A stretch of DNA of 64,000 bases from Eledone cirrhosa. Taxonomy: Eukaryota. The notes under the pieces are model-generated. The model was not told the origin of the DNA and made no database searches. It was given only the letters and a program-made list of their open reading frames with translations. Both the position numbers and the translations under genes were made by a program. The stretch covers positions 105,586,001 to 105,650,000 of the forward strand of contig OZ024742.1 of NCBI GenBank assembly GCA_964016885.1, given 5' to 3'. Below, in pieces: positions 54,649-64,000 of this stretch. How positions within the stretch are numbered: position 1 is the first letter of the stretch; each line of letters opens with the position of its first letter.

Positions 54649-54817
54649 CCATATTTCCCGGCGTCGAAGACGCTTCGTCCTCGAGGACGCAGCCTAATTT
54701 TGACAACCAAAAATTTGAAAAAAAATAAATAAACCACCTTCGGCCTATAGGACGCATGGTAGATTTTTGAGACTTATTTTAAGTAAAAAGTAGCGTCTTC
54801 GACGCCGGGAAATACGG
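54649..54817. mobile_element. Tc1/mariner-superfamily (Tc2/pogo-like) MITE
   Basis: 26-bp TIRs CCATATTTCCCGGCGTCGAAGACGCT / AGCGTCTTCGACGCCGGGAAATACGG with TA on both sides. Confidence 0.88.
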
Positions 54818-54840
54818 TACATACGATTATTATAGTATTT

Positions 54841-55195
54841 GAAGGCGCATGGCTTAGTGGTTAGAGCGTCGGGCTTACAATCGTGTGGTTGTGAGTTCGA
54901 TTCTCAGACCTGGCTTTGCGTTGTGTTCTTGAGTAAGACACTGTATGTTCACGTTGCTCCAGTTCACTCAGCTGTAGAAATGAGTTGAGACGTCACTGAT
55001 GCCAAGCTGTATTGGCCATTGCCTTTCCCTTGGAAAACATCGGTGGCGTTTGGAGGGGTGATTAGTATGCATGGCCGACTGTTGGTCTTCCACAAATAAC
55101 CTTGCCTAGACTTGTACATCGGAGAGGAACTTTCTAGGTGCAAATCCCATGGCCATTCGTGACTGAAGGGGATCTTTACCTTTACTTTACCTGTT
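54841..55195 (+). mobile_element. Full-length tRNA-derived SINE family B with (TTTACC)-like tail
   Basis: A box TGGCTTAGTGG, B box GAGTTCGATTC, TGTGTTCTTGAGTAAGACACT central block, TTTACC repeats. Confidence 0.82.
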
Positions 55196-55892
55196 AGGTA
55201 TTATGAAGACAGTCAATAAAATACACTTTTGTGTCACAATTATCAAGATAGCAGAGTCGTTAGAACATCGGACATAATGCTTTGTGGTATTCATTTTGGG
55301 TCTCTGCGTTCTGAGTTCAAAACCCTCCGCTATCAAGTTTGCCTTTCAAACTTTCGGGGTCAATTAAAAACATGTACCAGTCCATTACTGGGGACCAATA
55401 ATTCCTTTATTTCCCTTTCTCACTTCCTATCCATCACTGTCTCACTCCTTCTATTGAAGAAATCTACTGCGACCAGACCTGACGAGGGAGAGGCTCTACC
55501 AGGTTTAAAATGCCCCTCCCCCTAACTCCATTAAGATTCATATATATTAAGATAGTTATTATGACACAGTTACTAAGACACGTGTTAGAACAGCTACTAA
55601 GATGTATTTATTTAGTTACAAAGGCAAATATACAAGAAGATACAGTTACTAAGATACAGTTATTAAAACACAGAGTTAGTGTGTCCGGATGTAACTGTTC
55701 TCTGTGCGTGTGTGTGTGTGCGTGTGTGTGTGTATGTGTGTGTGTGTGTGTGTATGTGTGTGTTGTGTGAGTATGTAATTTATTAGTAATTGAAGTTTCA
55801 CATCTACTTTGTATTCTTCATCTTATTCACACTGACGTGATTGCAAATGCACACATGCACTAACATATCTATCTATATATCTATCTATCTAT

Positions 55893-56610
55893 CTCTACCA
55901 GTTCGAGACAAGCTCTACAGACATGGGCGCCCGGGCAGGGACCCTGCAAAAAAGACCTGTCCGAGGTGCGTACGAGACGAAGAAACCGTCACGCACGCAT
56001 TCATACACTGCCCGGGCGTCACTGACATGTGGGGCTATGTAGAACGACTATTGTCGCGGGTGGGACCAATCCGGTTGACCACCGAGTCCATTGTCATGAT
56101 CAAACCGCCACCCTCCTTCAAAAACGAAAGAGAGGCGGTTTTCCTTTGTGTGATAGCTATGGCGAAAGAGGTTGTATGGTGGACAAGGCAGAAAGGGCTG
56201 AGGTCAGACACCTTTCTCTCCGGCCAACAACTGGTTCTTTTTTTCAAATACCACTTTGGAAGAAGAATCAGGATGGAGAGAGAGGTGCTGCACCCCAGCA
56301 AGTTTTATGAAAGGTGGGTGAATGTGGCGAGAATGGCCCGAGTGAATGGGCCTTCTCTCTATATCAGCCTGTAGGTTGAGGAAAAGGAGGAGGAGAGGAA
56401 AGGAGTACAAACTCTTCGTACTCCTGGAGTTGAGGGCTGCAGATTTTTTCGGGGGTATGTGTTACCCATATGAACTGTCTCCCCCTATTGGGGAAAAGCG
56501 ACTAACTTTTTAAATTGCATTTGTGATAACATTTTACACGTTTTTATTGTATGTAAACTTCCCCTTTGTATTTGTCCCCTTCTTTTGTGCCCCTGTGGCT
56601 AATAAAGAAA
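55893..56610 (+). mobile_element. 5'-truncated Tx1/L1 LINE (second family) in (TATC)n
   Basis: LPVRDKLYRHG..CPRC..EETVTHAFIHC; 3'UTR ends AATAAAGAAA, then (TATC)n. Confidence 0.9.
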
Positions 56611-56620
56611 TATATCTATC

Positions 56621-56677
<57 letters not shown>

Positions 56678-56679
<2 letters not shown>

Positions 56680-57850
56680 GGTAAGAAGATCCATCTGCTG
56701 CCAACACCCTTCTAACGGAGGGCTGGGGATGCCGTGGTTGACGATGCGCAAACACGCGCTCAGGCTGCGGCATCTCTACGTATTCCTCACCGGACAACCG
56801 GTGTGGGCCCCGTTCGTGAGGCGAGCCTTCCCACGACTCGTCTCACTGACCGAGCTGCAGTCCTGGGTCAAGCAGAGACCGAGGAAAATGGGCGACTGGC
56901 ACATCGAATGTGCTCAGGCGCTCACAGCCCTCTGGCAGGCGGACCCGGCGATCAGTGGAGACTCCACTTCGTCATTCTATAGAGGGTTGGTCCGCAGCAA
57001 GTGCGACGACGCGCTCGGTGAAACTCTAGGCGTGGAGGAAGATGAACTGGCCAGTCTGTTCGGTAGGACCTTCCGCCCGGGACCGATGGACAACTTCCAA
57101 AAGTCCCTGGCCTGGCAGTGCTACCGAGGAGCTCTACCAGTTCGAGACAAGCTCTACAGACATGGGCGCCCGGGCAGGGACCCTGCAAAAAAGATCTGTC
57201 CGAGGTGCGTGCGAGACGAAGAAACCGTCGCGCACGCATTCATACACTGCCCGGGCGTCACTGACCTGTGGGGCTATGTAGAACGACTATTGTCGCGGGT
57301 GGGACCAATCCAGTTGACCACCGAGTCCATTGTCATGATCAAACCGCCACCCTCCTTCAAAAACGAAGGAGAGGCGGTTTTCCTTTGTGTGATAGCTATG
57401 GCGAAAGAGGTTGTATGGTGGACAAGGTTGAAAGGGCTGAGGTCAGACACCTTTCTCTCCGGCCAACAACTGATTCTTTTTTTCAAATACCACTTTGGAA
57501 GAAGAATCAGGATGGAGAGAGAGGTGCTGTACCCCAGCAAGTTTTATGAAAGGTGGGTGAAAGTGGCGAGAATGGCCCGAGTGAATGGGCCTTCTCTCTA
57601 TATCAGCCTGTAGGTTGAGGAAAAGGAGGAGGAGAGGAAAGGAGTACAAGCTCTTCGTACTCCTGGAGATGAGGGTTGCACATTTTTTTCGGGGGTCTGT
57701 GTTACCCATATAAACTGTCTCCCTCTATTGGGGAAAATCGACTAACTTTTAAATTCCATCTGTGATAACATTTTACACGTTTTTATTGTATGCAAACTTC
57801 CCCCTTTGTATTTGTCCCCTTCTTTTGTGCCCCTGTGGCTAATAAAGAAA
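56678..57850 (+). mobile_element. Second, longer 5'-truncated copy of the (TATC)n-associated Tx1 family
   Basis: Open 311-aa ORF2 C-terminus (GGLGMP, CPRC...HC); near-identical to 55893-56610; (TATC)n on both sides. Confidence 0.9.
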
Positions 57851-57852
57851 TA

Positions 57853-57920
<68 letters not shown>

Positions 57921-57953
57921 ACTCTCTTTCTCTCTGTATATGTATAATATGTA

Positions 57954-58043
<90 letters not shown>

Positions 58044-58489
58044 ATATATATATATATATAACAACTAGAAATTGATTAACATATAAATAAACATATGAAA
58101 CAATCACATAAAATGCTCGGACCTATTCACTAGAATCTTGGAGCTTATTTTACGGGTGATATGGCGCATGCCTTTCTGGCATGACACCCATACTTTTGAT
58201 TTAGATTAAATTCACTTTGATTTATCTTAATTTTGGATATAGATATATATATATATATGAATTATTTTCACAAACATATGTTATATTATATATATATACA
58301 TGGTATATACATACATACATATAGAGTATTAAGGATACTACTTATGGTTATGTATATAATAAAACCTTTTATAGTTATATATATTTTAAACTCTAAATAG
58401 TGAAAGACAGTAATTCATTACTATCTTATTACCAGTAAGATAAATAGCTCAATGTAATAACATCAGTTGTTTTACAGAGCAGTTATATA

Positions 58490-58785
58490 GAAATTACATG
58501 AATCAAAGTTCAGTTTAAATCATTTATTTGCTTACAATTGTTTCCTCCAAACCGAGGTTTGGATTCTTCGGAGCAACTATTTAGTGATTTTTTACATACT
58601 TGACCTCCTTTTCAACACAAGAGACATATAAAAACATATGTATATATTGACCCACAGTGTTGAAAAGGAGGTCAAGTATGTAAAAAATCACGAAATAGTT
58701 GCTCCGAAGAATCCAAACCTCGGTTTGGAGGAAACAATTGTAAGCAAATAAATGATTTAAACTGAACTTTGATTCATGTAATTTC
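58490..58785. repeat. Palindrome with HHRs at 58528-58576 (-) and 58699-58747 (+)
   Basis: TTGCT-CCGAAGA-A-TCCAAACC-TC-GGTTTGGA-G-GAAA-C-AATT-G-TA-AGCAA. Confidence 0.82.
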
Positions 58786-58883
58786 CATACATATATATAT
58801 GTATGTATGTATAACAGTGTGTTCTGTTATTAATTCTGGCAATATTACACAAATATGACCCTCCCCAAGTATAACAATATATT

Positions 58884-58961
<78 letters not shown>

Positions 58962-59003
58962 TTTTTTCACATACATATGTTATATTATATATATACACGG
59001 TAT

Positions 59004-59095
<92 letters not shown>

Positions 59096-59096
59096 C

Positions 59097-60092
59097 ATAA
59101 CTCTATAAATTTAACTGTCTATAATATGTAAATATCTCAATGAAAGGGGAATGTATATTGATAAATTATATTAAACTTATAAATATATTAAACTTAAGCC
59201 ATAATCTCATTTTGTGGGGATATAAACTAGATCGACTAAAAATGTCGGTTTTAACTTATATAATACCTCGACTATGGTTTCTGGAACTCAAGATACAACA
59301 TCGGTAATTCCACGACATTGGAATAACTAATTTTGGAAGAATTTCAGTTCCTTCATCGGGAGGTGGATTTCTTTTTAGGAATAAGGGAATAAGTTGAAAA
59401 TATCTCATACATATCATGTCGTTGCTAGACCGCATGGTGAACAACGTGTTACATCGCTGAATTACTGTATGAATATATACCACTTAATGTATTAAGACAA
59501 TACGACAGGTTTATATTGACGCTGGAAATATCAGTCAAAACCGTCTAAAACAGCTCAACAATGATGGAGCAGTCAATATTGATTTATAACTCTATAAAGT
59601 TAACTGTCTCTAATACGTAAACATCGTAATGAAATGATATGGTATATTAATAAATTATCTACTCAGAGAAGTATTAAGATATATCAAACTTAGCCACAAT
59701 TTCATTTTGTGGGGATATAAGCCAAATCGGTTAAAATAAGTCGGTTGTAACTTATATAATACTGGACTATGGTTTCTGGAACTCAAAATACAACATCAGC
59801 AATTCGAAGAGATGAGAATAACAAATATTGGAAGAATTTCAGTTATTTCTGACATATATTCAATTTATCTCCTTAGGTGTAACATGTTCAGATAGTAATT
59901 CAGCGATACAACACGTTCACCATGCGGTCTAGCAACAACATGATATGTATGATTTATATTCAACTTGTCCCCTTATTCCTATACAGAGAGAATACACCTC
60001 CTGATGAAGGGACTGAATATCTATTAATATATCTCACCCTTTCATTGAGAAATTTACGTATTAGAGACAGTTAACATTATAGAGTTATAAGT
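59097..60092. repeat. ~489-bp non-coding unit, 1.5 tandem copies plus inverted segment, with a partial HHR-like core
   Basis: ATAACTCTATAAA at 59097 and 59586; inverted ending TATAGAGTTAT near 60090; CYGATGA-AG-GRA-CT-GAA core at ~59340-59362 (-) and ~60001-60018 (+). Confidence 0.65.
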
Positions 60093-60286
60093 TAATCTTT
60101 CTGTATCTATGGTCGTTGTATTATATGTATGGCCAGTGTCTTTTCTTGGTGGCACATTTTATAACTATTGCGTGTACTCTGAACCTGATGTTTTTAACTT
60201 TCGCTGCATTGAGTGCTTTGTGATTGCCTCAAAGAAATCGAATAGTACTTGCTGTACGACAGCTAAAACTTCGATTTATACCTTTT

Positions 60287-60334
<48 letters not shown>

Positions 60335-60379
60335 TGTCAAGGTTTGTTCCCTTCCGAACGTTCTTTGGAGTCTCGGGAT

Positions 60380-60600
60380 ACGCTCTAAAGAGCAAACCTT
60401 GACAATTGGAACCTGGAACATCACAACCCTTGCAAGCAAGGAGGAGGAACTAGTGGAGGAGGCTAGATGCTACCGGCTAGATATAGTCGGGATTTCCTCA
60501 ACAAACTTCCGTAGCTCTGATACTGTAGATTTGGGTGGAGGGTGGAAACTCCACTATCCTGGTGTGGTGCCAGAAAAGACTGCACAGGCGGAAGTGGTGA
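60380..60600 (+). pseudogene. RTE-type endonuclease N-terminal fragment
   Basis: TIGTWNITTLASKEEELVEEA..YRLDIVGISST..GWKLHY. Confidence 0.75.
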
Positions 60601-60689
60601 TATATATTACCTACATACATCTTATTCATCATGTTAGCACAAACAATCTTCTGACTGGTTCTCAGTTGCATTTATTATTCTCAAGATTT

Positions 60690-60900
60690 AGAGAGGTGGA
60701 CTGGCAGTATCGGTAGAGCTTCGGACACCATGCTTTATAGCATAGAGTTACGGATCTTTATGGTCTGAGTTCAATGTTAAATTTGCCTTTTATCCTTACG
60801 AGGTCGATATAATAAAGCACCAGCATTGCACTAGGGTCGATTTAATCGACATTCCCCTTTCTCCGAAATTGCTGGCCTTGTGCCTATACTAGAAATTACC
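60690..60900 (+). mobile_element. SINE family A (long variant)
   Basis: GGTGGACTGGCAGTATCGGTAGAG...GGCCTTGTGCCTATACTAGAAATT. Confidence 0.8.
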
Positions 60901-61105
60901 ACAATATATAATTCCTCTGGTATATCCTTTCTCCCGCCGCCACCCCTATATAAGGACATGTTTCCCACTCCACACATTCAGAGATGTAAAATTATAATGT
61001 TTAAGATTTTAACAAAACATTAAAAATTACACATTTTGTTCCGAAAAAAAAAAGAAAATGCAATTCGAGATCAATAATGAATAAAAGACCGATCTCTCAT
61101 GATTT

Positions 61106-61216
<111 letters not shown>

Positions 61217-61360
61217 ATGTGTGTATGCATGTATATATATATATGTGTGTGTGTGTATGAATGTATACATGTAAGTTGGAAATGAAAAAAAACCCTTTGT
61301 GTGTGTGTATGCATGTATATATATATGTCTGTGTGTTTCTGTTTGTGTGTGTGCATATCT

Positions 61361-61391
<31 letters not shown>

Positions 61392-62908
61392 CGCACGCGC
61401 GCATATGTGGGTATGAGTGAAAACAGTTTTATGAGATCACCAAAATATGTTTAACTGGTACAAATTTATGTTTATTCTTTCTATAAAGTGACATCATTTG
61501 GTTTCGTTGCCAATTATTTTGGAACATATCTACCATCATTCCATTGCTAGCTCATTTTCCACCCTTTTTTCGTGTGTATGTATGTATGTGTGAGTTTATG
61601 TGCGAGTTTATGTGTATGTGTGTGCGTATATATGTATATATGTATATATGTGTATCTGTATGTGTGTGCGTATATATGTATATATGTGTATCTGTATGTG
61701 TGTGCGTATATATGTATATATGTGTATCTGTATGTGTGTGCGTATATATGTATATATGTGTATCTGTATGTGTGTGCGTATATATATATATATGTTTGTG
61801 CTTGGATATTTGTGCGCGCGCGTGTATTTGCATTCGTCTGTTTGTATATGTGTGTGTTATATTTTTTCTGTGTATTATTTAAAATATGATATCTTGTTTT
61901 CTATACACGGATGTCAGTTATCTTCTAGAATTTTCTGAAAAAAATATCCACCAAAGCTGAGGAGATATCATTATTCTATTGTAACGCACTATTCATAGCA
62001 TGGCTGTCGTCTGCTTTTAACGAATCATCATTTGTTATCATGGTGTTAGAATCAATAGAGAATGACTAAAACTTATCCAGCGATTCATAAGATTCAATTA
62101 TTATTCACACTTTTTCATTGGAATCTTAATGTTCCTGGATAGTTTACTAATATCCGGGAGGGTGTGAGACATTTTGATATATTCATCTTAGTCATGGCTT
62201 CGGCATGTTATCAGATCCATCATTTATCGTGATGGAGCTAATTGTATTGTCTAATGAAATGGAATATCAGTGATTTTTATTTTAGGCTGTTGACGTAATG
62301 CATGAGAAGGGGAGGCTATAAAGATGAGTGTTTGCTTGATGATTACATAAGAGTTATAGTGAATGCGGATTCTGAGATATTCACGTTGTTGTTGTTGTTG
62401 TTGTTTAGCTCCCGGTCAGCTCAGCATAGATCGAGCAAACATATACTGAAAGGCATTCCAGCCGTTACAAACCTGTCTTTTTCTTGTGTACAGGGAACGC
62501 AGGACAACATTATACAACATGTGATTTGTGGGAGAGTTGACTGCTTTTTCTAGGAGGACGAATGACCAGTCATAAGCTCTCCCGTTGGATTAGTTGTAAT
62601 TTTGCTTTTTACTCAACTAATTCATTATCCAAAGGGAAAAATGAATGTCCAGAGAAATATTCCGAAACTCCCGGTATATATCAATATGATTGACAGACAA
62701 CAATCTTTGACCTCGTAAATGTCAAGAGGTTGACTATCTATTTTATTACTAAGGTGGCGAATTGGCAGAGTCGATAGAATGTCGGATAGAATGGTTTGTG
62801 TAATTTGTTCCGGTTCTCTGCTCTATGAGTTCATAACCCGCCATGGCCAACTTGCCTTCTAGCGTTTCGAGATCGATAAAAAAGTATTTGTTCAGTACTG
62901 GGGTTGAT

Positions 62909-62981
<73 letters not shown>

Positions 62982-63175
62982 TCTCTGGAAGAAATCGGCT
63001 ATGTTGAGTGTTGAGACCTAGGGTGTGGATGCCCCACTAGGTTTAAAATGTCACTACAACGTTACTACGGGTTCATATAAAATTACCAGAGAAGGGACAC
63101 AGTTTGAGAGCTGTGAAAAGACATATAATGTGATGGGGAAAGAAGGTTGGACGGGCTGCAAACTACTATGACTGT

Positions 63176-63214
<39 letters not shown>

Positions 63215-63574
63215 AGAGAGAGAGAGACTTTATTTTTGCCAGCTGAGTAGACTGGATCATCGTGAAATAAAGTGTCTTCCTCAAAGCACAATGTGCCGCA
63301 GGTAATCTAACTCACGACTAACCACTAAGCCACTTGGACAATGTATCCTTACATACAATATGTATGAGAAAAAGACAGGCTTGTGTTGATTGGAATGCCT
63401 TTGATCAAGGGTTTACTCGATCAGTGGCAATCAACAGCAACATCAACAACAAATAACACTACAAACAGCAACAATACCTACAAAGAACAACAATGACAAC
63501 AAGAAAACAATAACAACGAAAAGCCACAAAACAACACAACAGCAATACCATCAAAGGTTGGTAGTCACAACATA

Positions 63575-63795
63575 TTAGTTTCTGATTTAGGCACAAGGCC
63601 ACCAATTTTTAGAGAGGAGAAAGTCGACTAAATCGACTTCAGTGCATTACTGGTACTTTATTTTAACGATCCGGTAAGGAAGAAAGGCAAAGCTAACCTC
63701 AGTAGGATTTGAACTCAGATCATAAAGGGCCGTAACTCTGTGCCATAAAGAATGTTGTCCGACGCTCCACCGATACTGCCAATCCACCGCCCTGG
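63575..63795 (-). mobile_element. SINE family A (long variant)
   Basis: TAGGCACAAGGCC...GGATTTGAACTCAG...GCCAATCCACCGCCC. Confidence 0.82.
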
Positions 63796-64000
63796 TCGTA
63801 ACAACATAAATGTATTTTATTGTAATAAATTCCTTCTGACTATTCTTTTGACCTCTTTATGTGAGTTCAAATTCCGCTGAGGTCAATTTTGCCCTTCATT
63901 CTTCCGGCATCCATAAAATAAAGTACCAGTCAAATACTGTGGTCAATTTAATCGACTAACTCTACCTTCCAAATGTGTAGCCGTCTGTCTATTAGATAAT

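Noticed and set aside
54841-54915. tRNA gene
   Set aside because: tRNA-like A/B boxes but no proper cloverleaf; continues into a SINE body also seen at 45085-45225.

Overview
AT-rich, microsatellite-saturated eukaryotic non-genic DNA. The repeat landscape resembles an octopus/cephalopod genome (inference only). I see no host protein-coding exon, and most ORFs in the track are translations of (TA)n/(CA)n/(TATG)n/(TATC)n repeats. Recognisable content: a decayed RTE LINE; a full-length plus a 5'-truncated Tx1/L1-clade LINE bounded by (ATT)n; two truncated Tx1 copies in (TATC)n; a nearly intact Penelope-like (Naiad-type RT + GIY-YIG) element with a rearranged dimeric copy and a second-family endonuclease fragment; many tRNA-derived SINEs; a Tc1/mariner-type MITE; and a tRNA-Val(CAC)-like gene. 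The most striking signal is that many short 'unique' islands between (TA)n tracts are fold-back palindromes or short non-coding tandem units carrying type I hammerhead-ribozyme (HHR) motifs from about ten different sequence families. Many have non-canonical but covarying cores, and in the fold-backs the ribozyme strand points outward to the (TA)n flanks. This suggests a (TA)n-targeted Penelope/retrozyme ecosystem. All structures were read by eye and boundaries are approximate.
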